Assembly: GCF_001194135.2 (NCBI RefSeq)
Contig: NC_068988.1
Location: 11,165,180-11,229,179, forward strand
Reading direction: 5' to 3'
From: Octopus bimaculoides
Lineage: Eukaryota
DNA length: 64,000 nucleotides
Made by a program: the position numbers and the translations under genes
Notes under the pieces: model-generated
What the model was told of the DNA's origin: nothing
What the model saw: the letters and a program-made list of their open reading frames with translations, nothing else
Database searches by the model: none
In this document: positions 1-12,213 of the stretch, piece after piece
How the letters are laid out: every line of letters starts with the position of its first letter
Position numbering within the stretch: the first letter of the stretch is position 1

Positions 1-226
1 GTCTCTCTCACCAAGGTCATCAGCTGTCGAACGCCGACGAAGGGAAATAACCCTGAAATCCGGATACGTTCGTGCTGCAGATCGAGGTGAGAGGGATAAC
101 TTCCCTTGGCAAACAGGACACAGTCGTGTGTCGATAAGCCAGCTGGAGGATATGTCCTCCTGGGGCTAAAAGCAACAGTAACATCCACCCCTAGGGGTCA
201 GCCACACTTAAGTGGCAATATACTAC
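1..226 (-). mobile_element. Terminal part of a foldback/MITE-family DNA element, running off the window start; same family as 16888-17054
   Basis: Reverse complement GTAGTATATTGCCACTTAAGTGTGGCTGACCCCTAGGGGTGGATGTTACTG...CTCCAGCTGGC aligns by eye with the left ~110 bp of the 16888-17054 element. Confidence 0.7.
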
Positions 227-228
227 AC

Positions 229-235
229 TATATAC

Positions 236-271
<36 letters not shown>

Positions 272-312
272 GGGGAGGGGGAGACAGAGAGAGAGAGAAA
301 GAGAGATAGAGA
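229..312. repeat. (TA)n followed by (GA)n microsatellite
   Basis: Directly visible. Confidence 0.95.
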
Positions 313-486
313 GACAGACAGACAGGTAGACAGATAAACACACACATGCAGATAGAAAAATAGATAGATAGATACATATTTTCCCCAGAATTAAAGGAAA
401 TCTTAAGCTAACTTTCTGTTATAGATTTGGTGGATGGCAACCGAAATGGCCTTCATATACTAATAATTCTGCTGTGCTGCCACCAT

Positions 487-531
<45 letters not shown>
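487..531. repeat. (TAC)n microsatellite
   Basis: Directly visible; source of the poly-Tyr in ORF 427..657. Confidence 0.97.
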
Positions 532-1574
532 AACAACAAACACTTTAAGTTATACTGTTATCTTATTGTTGCTGCTGCTGCTTCTACCACTACTGCCACT
601 ACTACCGTTGCAAATACAACGGCTGGTGTTGATACTGCTTGTAATTTTAAATACTAAAATAATGCCTAATGATAGCCACACAAAACTAAAACGCGCAGCT
701 GTGTTGTAAGAAGCCTGCTTCTCAACCACATCTTTCCGGGTTCTTCATCGAACGACAACTGATGCTGGTGTGTTTACGTGCCCATAATTTGGCGGAGAAT
801 TTTTGGATTGGAACGCATGCGAAAACTTAGTTATATTTTACACCTGCTGACCTTATAACCACTTTGAATTGTCTCAAACTAGACAATGCAATAATCTTCT
901 TAATATCATATCAAAACGTAGCAGAAATCCTTGATAATATCATATCTAATGTGTACATACAACAGAAGTGTGCCGACTCATTGGCACGAAGATATTGTGG
1001 TATATTCTTAAATATCATGTAAATATATAACTGCAATAGTTTATTGAAGATAACGGTATATATAGGCTATTGTTAATAAATGCAACACGCTCATTCAAAT
1101 CTGTAATAATTAAAATGGTCCTTGTAAAACTAGGTACAAATTAGTATTTGAGAATGTGCTGCGGAAATTTTGTGATCTTGGCCGTATATACTCCATGGGA
1201 AACAAGTAAGCGGTATTATAGAGCATTGGAATAAAGAAGACTTTAAAAACATGAAACGTCCATAAACTGTATGGTTACAGATAAAGTACAACGGAATTTT
1301 AGAACGGCACGATAGATTTTTGGGGTTTTTTTTTTTCAATTATTGGATGCTCTAAATGAGAAACGAGCACGGTAACAGACAAGAGGTTCGATTTCCCTAC
1401 GGAAATCAAGTATTGAAATAATGTTGTTTATCTACAAGTAGACACGTGTGTATGTGTTTTTGTGTATATGTGTGTATTCCTCTGTGTGTGTCAGTGTGTT
1501 TGTATGTGTGTGTGTCATTGTGTGTGTCTTTGTGTACGTATTTGTACGCCTCCACCGCTAAACAACTTTATCCT

Positions 1575-1635
1575 AACATAGCGGTTCGGCAAAAGGACCG
1601 ATACAATAAATACCAGCCTGAAAAACTAAGCACTT
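1575..1635 (+). mobile_element. Fragment of the 3' half of SINE family A
   Basis: TAGCGGTTCGGCAAAAGGACCGATACAATAAATACC resembles the post-microsatellite half of the 44228-44669 copy. Confidence 0.5.
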
Positions 1636-1719
1636 TATATATTTTTAAACTGCTTTTTATAGTTATATTCCTTTTTTATTTTTATTTTTTATATTTCTAT
1701 ATTTTTTATTTATTTTATA

Positions 1720-1858
1720 TTTGTACATATATATAATGTGCTCTCAATATATATACATATATACATGAATGTGTGAATGTAGGTATATATGTATGTGTAT
1801 ATATATATATATTCATACATGAATATATATATATGTGTATATATGTATGTGTGTGGCT

Positions 1859-1925
<67 letters not shown>

Positions 1926-2040
1926 CAATCACACACATACATATATATATACTTGTACGTGTGTGTGTTTGTGTGTATATTAAGACATATTTTCCTACAC
2001 AGATATATATGCATAGATATTTATATTTGTATGTATGTGT
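1720..2040. repeat. Compound (TA)n/(TG)n/(CA)n low-complexity tract
   Basis: Directly visible; pure (TA)n at about 1867-1921. Confidence 0.95.
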
Positions 2041-2314
2041 TTATAAAGGGACAAAGAGGACATAAAATACATTTTTCGAAACGTGAACAATGATATTGAC
2101 TGGAGGGGAAATTGCTTTATAGTTGAAATTCATATTAGCTTTTAAACAACATCAAAAATGCTTAAGAGATATTGAGGTTCTAATGAAGTATATTAAATTT
2201 AAAATAAATTTGTTCCTTTCATCTTTGTATTTCTATTGGTAAATTTGAGACAACCCGCAGTTGCGTTTGCTTTCATGCATTCTTTCGCTCATTATTAACG
2301 TAAATAACGAATGC

Positions 2315-2328
2315 TATTATTATTATCA

Positions 2329-2393
<65 letters not shown>

Positions 2394-2420
2394 ACTATCA
2401 TTATTATTATTATTATTATT
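2315..2420. repeat. (ATT)n microsatellite
   Basis: Directly visible. Confidence 0.95.
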
Positions 2421-2922
2421 GTTAGTATTAGTATCATTATTATGTAGTTTACGCAAATATTTGTTATATTATTGATTCATCGAAATACTTAATTCAGTTT
2501 ATATATCAGCTGTGCAGATATTATGCAGGATACACTGCGTAGCGTTCAACAATGTCTGCAAATGCTCTTCTAGAATTTGCTACCTATTTTGAAGCTAGTT
2601 TTGCATAAATATTTTGGCTTAAACCTCGCATATATATTTTTACTAACGTTATTAATGTTTTCAGAAGAGTCTCTTCGCAAATACTAGCTGATATAATAAT
2701 TGGTGATGTCGTTGTGTGTTATTAAACTTTTGAAATTGACCGAATTTGCGGAGTAATATTTTTATAGAAAAATATTTACAGCTCTATTGCATTTACTGAT
2801 GTCTGGATAAACTAAGAAAATTGTAAATCGTACGTGGGCATCTTCACCAAAATATATGTATACATACCAACGTATTCGATTGTGTGTGAGATGCTTGAAT
2901 GTGCTATATATGTATGCATATA

Positions 2923-3180
2923 CGGACTGTGGCTAATAAACTGCCGTCTAAATTTCGCAAAAATGAAAATAGCACTGACATCTCATTTTAACAGGTATAT
3001 GTAAGAAAATTACATACAAATATCCTGAAATACTAAAGAGCAAATTTATTCAATAAAATCGCCATTAGCTTTAACCACAACCTCGAAACGACTTCAGAAT
3101 TTCATGCAGACCCTCAGGACGGTCTCCTTGTTTAAATTGGTGAATGCTGCCATACCCATTGACTTTAGTTCATCTTTGGT
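2923..3180 (-). mobile_element. 3' end of a Tc1/mariner-type transposon: transposase C-terminus remnant plus terminal repeat
   Basis: Minus strand 3180-3046 translates TKDELKSMGMAAFTNLNKETVLRVCMKF*SRFEVVVKANGDFIE*, a typical Tc1/mariner C-terminal pattern (ELK...C..F..R.E.V...NG..IE*) with one in-frame stop; the element ends at a TA (2921-2922). Confidence 0.75.
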
Positions 3181-3216
3181 GGCCAGATGTTAGGGGCGTT
3201 TATAAAATTCTCTATC

Positions 3217-3334
3217 TATTTTTAATGAGAAGCCTGTTCTTATTAAGCTGAACTCTAGTGCACTTATGGCTGAACTCTTCAGAATAATACATCCTACCTT
3301 TATATATTTTGAAATGTGTATAACTATAAGATGA
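3217..3334 (+). repeat. Direct repeat, copy 1 of about 118 bp (copy 2 at 4292-4410)
   Basis: TATTTTTAATGAGAAGCCTGTTCTTATTAAGC...GAAATGTGTATAA.TATAAGATGA recurs about 1.08 kb downstream with scattered substitutions. Confidence 0.9.
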
Positions 3335-3753
3335 TGTGTAAGCTATGCTAGGCTAAAATGGTTCAGATCCATTTCAGATTTAAGATCTCTAAGATCTCAA
3401 TTTAAGATCTCAAAGCGACTATTTGCTCAGCCTAATAATTTACGGTCTAAGGGAGAAAACTCTTCTCCTTTTGCTTCTTGATTACTTTTTCGTTTTACGC
3501 TTTTTCAACCATCCACACTGTCTATATTATTGCTTCTCCCCTTTTCTCGTTCTTCTGTTAAATGTTTATTTAATTATGCCATGTGGGTAGAGCCTGATTA
3601 CTCTGCTCAGATGTTAGACATGTTATAAAACAATATTTGGCATGTTCTATCCATAGTAGCACATAACAACCTGCATTGTGTTTATTAAATAATATTTAGC
3701 TCACACCAGCTGGAGTACTTTTTTGTTGATCTTACCATCAGGGAAGAGTAAAC

Positions 3754-3803
<50 letters not shown>

Positions 3804-4291
3804 AAGTAGGGGTTTAGTTCACAGGTGATTTAAAGCATTAATTACGCAAGGTAATTTTTCCCTATTTTTCTCCGTTGACGGAATATCCCATTCTCGGGGA
3901 TATCCCAGAAACAGATGTAAGACTTTGAACTGTTTACAATAATAATTTTGTATACGACTTGAGATGTTTGCCTTACCTGTTTGTTTGTTGTCCTCTAACA
4001 ATTATGTATATATATATATATATGTATGCATGAAGGACCATGTCTTAGTGTCTAGGGTAATCGGCCCACATACATGAGGCCGTGAGTTCTATTTCTATTT
4101 CTGGAAGGCACTTTATTTCACGTTGCTCAGAACAACTGAGCTGGCCAAAATGTTTTGGACGTTCCTTTTGCTTTCATTGCATTTATAATATTCTCTATTT
4201 CTCTTGTAACGTATATATGTGTTTTCTTCTTTTGATAATGTACGTTGTCATTCATGAATCGCGTTCAACACAGCTCTAACAAAGTTTCGTT

Positions 4292-4410
4292 TATTTTTAA
4301 TGAGAAGCCTGTTCTTATTAAGCGGAACTCTAGTACACTTATGTTTGAAGTCTTCACAATAGTACATCCTACCTTTTTGATTTCTTGAAATGTGTATAAT
4401 TATAAGATGA
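4292..4410 (+). repeat. Direct repeat, copy 2 (copy 1 at 3217-3334)
   Basis: First 31 bp identical to copy 1, remainder similar. Confidence 0.9.
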
Positions 4411-5913
4411 TAATTTGCTGATGTGAAACGGAATCAATGGTTATTTTTAGCAGAATTTTCTAATACCACTGGTTATGTTACAAGAAAGCAATGATTTGTT
4501 TCTTGTAACATAAATATTTACAAATTATACGTAAGCAGATGCAAAGAAATGGTGGAGGATACTCGTAGAGTGGCAACTCCGATCGCTAATGCCCAATACT
4601 TATACTACTGGAATCCTAGTTTTATTTCAATGAGTTTTCTCGTGAAACCCAGCAAGTTGAAGGAGTCGTCTAGTCAGCAAAATTTCAGGTCTACTCAAGG
4701 AACAACTATATATTATTGTTCTCTTTCGCAACGTGTACGAAACCCCGGAGTTGAAAACTAAGATGGTTGATACTTTGTTTCGTTCACATACAGTTGCTTT
4801 CTCTTAATATTATCTATAAATTCGAAAATATGGATTGCTTGGGGCATATCAGTTGTCGCAATATATTCTTGTATCAGGTTTTTTCATAATGGTCTCAAGC
4901 TTTGGCTTATTACCAGCAATTTTAGGGCGCGCGTTGTAAGTCGATTATATCAGTCAGTATGCGAGATTGATTGTGCTTTCTTCCTTTTCAGAGTCAATAA
5001 AATAAGTATTTACAAGGCAATAGGAATGATTTAATCGGCTCGTCGAAACTTTTGGTATTACCTGATCAATAACGTATAAGGGGTGGTGCATATCTATTCC
5101 ACGTGTTCGCCATGGTTTACGTATGTGTTATGCTAATCCACCTGTCACAATTTTATGACACATCTAGTACAGTTCACACACATGCCCGTACACACAAATA
5201 CACACACACACACACACTCACTACAACAGAGGTAATAACAAACTAAGCTTCAACTTTATAACTGCTACACTTGTCTCCTCTCTTGTCGTAGATTGTAGTA
5301 TTGAGGCAGGAATGAATGCCTGTAAATCTTACATATTTTCTCGTTGTATCTTGTTCAAAACATCAGGTCGATAGATCCCTAGCATTAAAAGTGTTAAATA
5401 TCAAATATTTATTTTTGAATACGTCAACAAAAAACGTGCCTACCTGCATTTAGCAGAGCAAATGAAAACTCGGAGCCCTGCATTTTATGCCCTCGTAACA
5501 CATCTACTTATTGTATGTTTTCATTAAAAAAGAAAAAAGAAAAAGACAACCAAGCATGGTCCGGCCAGATTATTTACTTGTTCATCAATTCACTCAGGTT
5601 CAGTTTTTCCGAACATCTATCATGATGGTCCAAACCAGAAATATCTTTCTTCTCAAAATTAACTTGACGTGCGAGCGAATTTAATTCCTATTGTTACTGT
5701 TATTGTTCTTCTTGAAGATGATAATGTTACTATTAATACTATCGCTTTCATTTTGAGTTTCAATGATAACAGTCTCCATAGAATAGTTGTCTCATTTATC
5801 AATCCCTGCGTGTTGGTGCATTTGAAATTATTAATTAACCATATTTTCTTTTTATTTTTGTAAAACCGAGTTTACTTGTTTTTGATAGTTAGTGTTGGGA
5901 GCAAGTAATTTTA

Positions 5914-5924
<11 letters not shown>

Positions 5925-5964
<40 letters not shown>

Positions 5965-6013
5965 CGTGAGTGTGTGTGTATGCGTGTGTGTGTGTGTCTC
6001 TGTGTGTGTGTAT

Positions 6014-6059
<46 letters not shown>
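5925..6059. repeat. (GT)n microsatellite, imperfect
   Basis: Directly visible. Confidence 0.97.
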
Positions 6060-6063
<4 letters not shown>

Positions 6064-6329
6064 GTACGCGCTCTTTTGCGATAATCTATGACGCATTGAA
6101 AAAGAATGTGTTTAGAAAAACAAGATTAAGCTATTCTCACAATGTTGAAAAAATATTCTAAGGGACACCATTTTAAAAGAAACATAATTCCCCCAAAGAA
6201 ATAACTGCCATTCAATAACAATGCAATTAAAATCGAAATCTTGGGTTCGGGCGAAAGTAATTCTTGTCAGAATAAAAAAAAGGGGGAAGCAGGGACGACG
6301 ATGATTTTGTCGAGAACAACAACAACAAT

Positions 6330-6332
<3 letters not shown>

Positions 6333-6383
<51 letters not shown>
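6333..6383. repeat. (AGT)n microsatellite
   Basis: Directly visible. Confidence 0.97.
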
Positions 6384-6539
6384 AGGATTTATGCGTTAAG
6401 AGGATTTGTCCGATTCAGGCTACATATACAATTATATTGTTATACCACGGCTACACTGTCAAAATAAAGAAAACCTGAAGCAAGGAAGCGATCGTTTTCT
6501 TTTCATAATTATAAAATGGTTTAAGATGCATTTTAATGA

Positions 6540-8470
6540 TTTTTCGCTGAAAGCACATTGCTTAATAGTCGTGTACAACACAGAAGTGTAAGCGATGTAA
6601 GAGAGCGAAAGTTAAATCAACACCAAAATATAAGAAGCAATATCAATGAAGACATTCTGTTAAAACAGGATTTTCTACAAAATACCTGGGGAATACAGCT
6701 TGTAAATCCCATATTTCCAGAAAGAAATATATCTGGGCCACACAAAAATTTGAATCATCATTTACTCGACGATCAGCATTTGCTTAAACACACCGGCATA
6801 TATAGCAGTAAAAGGTTAATTAGATGTAAGATATATACGTTTGTATGGTACGTGGTATTCTACTCATCCGTGTACACGTCATTTTTATATTCGGGAAGAA
6901 AGTAGTTTAGATCTCACAGTAACATTTGATCCTAGTAGATCTCATCTGACAAGATACATTCTAAAACGTAAAAAAGATATTTAGAAAATAGAAATGGTGT
7001 ACACGATGAGAGTGGGAAAAAAACAGACGAAAGAAATCTAACACAATCATATGCTATAGAACAAATCGTGAAACTGATATATTGTATTAATGATATCTAT
7101 TAAGAAAATAAATGACGTGCAAAGAATAAAGTCGAATATACAGTTAAAAATGAAATTCAATCAGAGACGGAGATTATCAACTAACAAACGGTAAAACAGA
7201 ATTACACGAACTAATATATGAAGACAGCTGAATATGAGAAAAGTGTGAGGTCAGAAAGGTCTCAAGCTGAAAATATTGAACATGACAATAACTAAAATAA
7301 TTGAAGAAATAAAATCTATATAAATTCCTATGGACCAAGAAAAGACATCGCCAAAGTTAATACTTAATGACAAATATTGCAATAATAATAAAGAAGCGCT
7401 AGACGTCCTATCGTGTACATAGTGTGAAGGCTGTGAATGTCAATTGTACAGAAATAAATCAGCTATTATATAGAACACACGGTGTAGTCAGAAGGGAAAT
7501 TGTGTTAGTCTGCAATATTTCTTTTGTAATAAGATTTAAACTCGAGCAACGTAGAAAACCAACATAAATGTGGACATTAAAAGGAAATGTCACTCAATCA
7601 TTATTGAGATCAACAAAAAATACAAATGACACATGAAAAGACAGGCAACTACTGCAAAATAACATCAATGGAAATACCTGAAATCAAACAATGTCTAAAA
7701 TAAGAGACTGCAGTTAAATTGCGAAGAATATATATATTTATTATATTAGTAATACTTCGATGAACAAAACAAATAATTGGCCACTAACCAAAAACAATTT
7801 TTGTTAAGAACAAGATAAAAACAAAATCGAAACCAATACAGTGCCAACAGCAAAGGAAGTAGAACTTTTAAATGTGGAAGTAAAAAACGATGGAAACATC
7901 TGAAACAGCGTATTCGGGATCAAAAACAGTTAGTTCATATAAAGAGGTAACAAAAACAAGAATAACCTGAATATTCTAAACTATTATCTGATATGTGATC
8001 AATGCATCATCTACCAAAGTTATACAAGCGGTACATAAAAGCCATAACGTGCGTTCTGTGATGATGTTACATGCTAGAAATAGCAACGATATCTCCATGA
8101 AAGAAACTAACAAATGTATACAAGTGCAGTGACATCAAGTTTTACAAATGTGGGTAATAATGACTGACAGCATCAAGACACACCCAGTTGACAAAGGAAA
8201 CCTTGACATGATATCATCGAAACTCAAAGTCGGTGCTTGTAGGTATAGATTTTGAAACACCAATCGTTTTCATTCAAGTAAGAAATAACATGGATATTCT
8301 AAATCATTATCTAATTTGTTGTCAATGCATCATATCACAGGTCACAAAAGCCAATAACGAAAGCTGTATGATGTTGTTCTATGCCAAAAGTAACAGCGAA
8401 ATTTTCATGAATGAAGCTGGAAAAAATAAACACATAGTAATTTCAAGATTGTACGAATGTTGGTAATATC
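6540..8470 (+). mobile_element. Heavily decayed non-LTR retrotransposon, probably R4/Dong-type (RT to RLE region)
   Basis: A-rich plus strand. Near 7170-7230, YQLTNGK..H.LIY/YM resembles GY.LK.GK..HLLYMDD. ORF 8233..8466 ends C-MML...EAGKNKHIVISRL, like the RLE tail CLLID...KE.EK..KY..L.IEISR. Many stops and frameshifts. Confidence 0.4.
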
Positions 8471-10835
8471 ACCTAACAATAACATAAAGGAGACGATGGA
8501 TTAATAACTCAAAATTTGAAAGGGTAACGTGTGGAAATAGATTTCGATACACGAATTGTTGCGCTGTTTATATAATCGGAAAAGCGAGGCCTACTTAAGT
8601 TATTTTATGTAAAAGTCGTTACTCATATGGCTTAAAGTATTACCCATTACATAAAGGAATTCGGAATGTACAATTCCATAGTAGGGATGAACACATATTG
8701 AAGAATTTGATTGAGTTTACGTCTAAGGCTAGAAATAAAACTAGCAACGACAGTCGATTCCAAGAAATTACCCGATAAACTGTTTAATATTTTACACAAA
8801 GTGTCGATGGGAACATGACATCCGTCACCCTGTAATTGAATAAAAACAAATTTAAAGGAGTGAAGAATGATATAAAAAAATAAATCTCCAGATGATTAGT
8901 GACATGTATCCTATTGGTCATTAACATTATTATCCCAGGAAACATATAGCCACCCCGAAAAAATATAACAATCCAATCGAAAATAAGATATAACTCCGGT
9001 TCATATATGGATATGAATTTCTATTACTGTAATTCTTTATTTGGCACCAAGGCCATAACAGACAGCACAAGGACAGACAGAACACCACAGTGGGGACAAA
9101 AACATAAAACGAATGGAAAATGAAAGATGTAATAAGAATAATAAAATTAATGATGATGAAATGGTTGCATGGAGCCCCACTTTCAAGCAGTATTATTTAA
9201 CAGATAAATTATACAAATTAACAAATCGTTCTTACACACTATTTTTTTTTTAGCACCGTATTTTTTTTAATTATGAAAGTCTATTTTTCTCTTTCTTTTC
9301 AAAAATTATACTTTACTCTTTTTAACAGTTCATTAAGTGTCTCAAATTTTGAAACTTCATGACCAGTAGTAATTCGCCGAATTCAATTTCTACCCCTAAC
9401 GGGTCTATACTGCTTCCGAAAAGTTCTTTCAAATTCTCATATCTCCCTTGGTTTTTTGTGAATATTTCTTAGTCTGACGTCTTCTGGGAAAATGATCTCC
9501 TCTCCTCTGTGATTTCGTACAATTCTTTTAGGCTCACTACTGTGGCCTGAATTTCTATTACTGACCAATAAAATGGACACTGTTGGCAAGTAGAATTTTC
9601 CGCATAACATGGTTTGATTAATACAACGCATTCTGTGTCCTTCAATTCAATTTTTTTTATGTAGATATATTTCGTTCTATACACTTTACCGTGTTGGGTT
9701 AACATCTTTCTGATAATATGGAATGATTGATTAGTTTAGTTTAAATGTTTTATGTTATTGACATTCATCATATGCTGGCAACAGAAGATATCGACATGTT
9801 AGGTGAAAGAAGAGGAATAACGGAGTGCGTTGACACACTATTAAAAATATTTTGTTTTAAAATATTTTGCCTCCGTACATCTGATAGATGAGAATGCCAA
9901 CGTCATTGCTAATAATCTAATTGCTACGTCTACAATTAGAGATGAAACAAATAGACAGCATGGCTTCTTAGTAATATATGTGAATTAATTACCAAGATAT
10001 AATATAAGATAAAGATGAAAACGTTTAACAGAAACAGAAGGGAAGCATTCGACCGTCGGATGTATGCTTTGCGAGATTTGCACCGATTCTGTATAAGTTT
10101 TAATCCCATGGGTGTTCAGCGTTGTATTTCGGGATCGGTAAATTTGAGCACCCGTCATCTGACGGAATTGATGCTATCGGTAAGTTCCTCACCTTAAAAT
10201 TATTGGATTGTTTGTAAATCAGAAAGCATTATTATTTAACCCTAACGTTGTTGATTGGCAGAAACGTTGAAGCCGGGGTACATAATATTTTGCAGAATTT
10301 ATTTTGATGTTTTGCGATCAAAGCTCACATCCTGCGGATGTTCAATGTATGATCTCACGAATTATGTCATGCATAAAATAATCATATTTTAACGTCTATC
10401 AATTTCTGTACTGTAAAACTATTATTTTACAATAAAATTGAAGAAGCACTTTTCTCCTTCGTATACATGTAATACATATAATCTATCCCAAGAAAGTTTT
10501 TTCACAAACGTCTATTTTTCAGAAAGTCATAACAATCAACAAAGAATCATAATTGATTCTCCCCGTCTCTCTCACTCTATCTCATTCACTAACTCTGTTA
10601 TGTGCAATCATCCTGTTCCCCTTATGGCAACTCACTATTTATCTCTCTTTTTCTCTCTTAGTCTTTCTCTCTATATAATGTGTAAAGCGAGAATACATTT
10701 GTCAACCAGCCACGATTTGTCTAAAAAAGATGCAACGCATTAGCATGGTAAAGAATTTCACAATGAAACCTGTAAATGAAAAAGTATCAATAGCATAACC
10801 GTACTGGACAGAATAAAATGAATAGATATTTTCTG

Positions 10836-11510
10836 TGGGTCAGAAACCCAGGAATCAAGCCAATGACTAAAGGATATTTTGTCGCTGCACAAGAACAAAA
10901 CATCGGCATAAGAGACTTCTAAAGATATTTACTGAAGCGGCGTATAAAAGGCCAATATAGAATAACTGGAACCTCAGAAAAGCAATCAATAAAAGTGTCT
11001 CTGGCTGCAGAAGCTTAGCCAAAATCCGGTATATAAATAGACATGACAGAGCTGGATGTATAATTCAATAGAAGTTATGGCAGCATTATGGAACAAGCTC
11101 AGAATAAATATGGTTCAAATACACGCCAGAAGTTTATCGTAAAGAATGTCAAAGTAGTTATGCTCTGGGATATGCCGCTTTAGACAGACAGGAAGATTAA
11201 CAGAGATCGTCCGACATTACTTCAAAAGATCATTAGAAACAAAGTCACCTAATCGATGCATTAATTCCAGTAGAAAAAACACGTATATCTGAACCAAACA
11301 AAGAAAGTACACAAATATAAATATCTGGTATAAAGTAATATCAAAATTTTCTGAACTGGAAACTGATTTAATATCAAGATTAATACGTGCTTTGGGAATA
11401 GGGTAAAAAATATACACAGAGATATATAATGAAATGGCGATGACTGGAGCATACGGACAACAAAACGAAACACACATTACTACTAAGCACAGCACATATA
11501 TTATGCAGAT
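10836..11510 (+). mobile_element. 3' fragment of an R4/Dong-type (RLE) non-LTR retrotransposon, pseudogenised
   Basis: Colinear peptides WVRNPGIKPMTKGYFVAAQEQ, SVSGCRSLAKIRYINRHDRAG..Q*KLWQHYG, WFKYTPE, VMLWDMPL*TDRKINRDRP, IRALG and LSTAHIL match the ETEG..AAQDQ / SGC..LA..Y..RHD / LWD....TD..I...RPD / IGALG / TAHIL series of this clade. Confidence 0.85.
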
Positions 11511-11809
11511 TTCCCTAAGTATAATCAAGGCAGAATATGTGAGAAAAATACTGCCAGTCTCCATCGTATACGGAGCTGCAGTAAAATACAGCATGTATGC
11601 ATAAGACTGCTGAAATAAAACCATGTTATATCTTCATATACAACCATGATATTTAGTATTGCAAATTTGATCATTAAGATAATTTCTATATTTTCTATCA
11701 CTTCGCACCATCCATTTATAAATTATTGAACGCCACGTTTGAAAAATTACTTGTATAATTTAGTAACTAGAATTACACATTGCTTCGTTGACTCCAGTCA
11801 TGTAATTCC

Positions 11810-11872
11810 TGCTTGACGTACGTCAAGCAACATTTGCGTACACAAGCAACGTTTGTTGTTCTTATAAATAGG
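11810..11872 (+). promoter_or_regulatory. Perfect 20-bp palindrome with inverted CRE half-sites, followed by a TATA/MEF2-like box
   Basis: TGCTTGACGTACGTCAAGCA at 11810-11829; TTATAAATAG at 11862-11871. Function is not shown. Confidence 0.3.
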
Positions 11873-12145
11873 AACTATTGTTCTTATAGGTCTATGGAGA
11901 ATGGAGCTTTGGTTTTCGTAGCTCAGGAATCATGTAGCTAACGACGTGAAATGGCTGAGAAAGGCATGCATCCTATGATCCGATGATGCCATTCATAGCT
12001 TAATGTGATTTACACATATTAATGGTGAAGAAGATTTCCTCCATGAGCTATTTCTCAAGCGAAATGTCTTCAGACGACAACTGTTTCCGAACATTTTTAA
12101 TATAGTCGTTCACCTTTATATTATATTCACTTCATTTTCTGTATC

Positions 12146-12213
12146 TTTTGGCAGATCATAATTTTGGCTGATCATAATTTTGGCTGATCCTAATTTTGGC
12201 TGATCATAATTTT
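12146..12213. repeat. 16-bp minisatellite, 4 copies (TTTTGGCTGATCATAA)
   Basis: Directly visible; two copies carry one substitution each. Confidence 0.95.

Noticed and set aside
10015-10197. ORF with a GTAAGT donor at its end, as a possible host exon
   Set aside because: Weak acceptor; EAFDR..YALRDL and GVQ look more like a decayed RT remnant; neither reading is supportable
12146-12213. Short regularly spaced repeats as a possible CRISPR-like array
   Set aside because: Head-to-tail 16-bp minisatellite with no spacers, eukaryotic context, no cas genes
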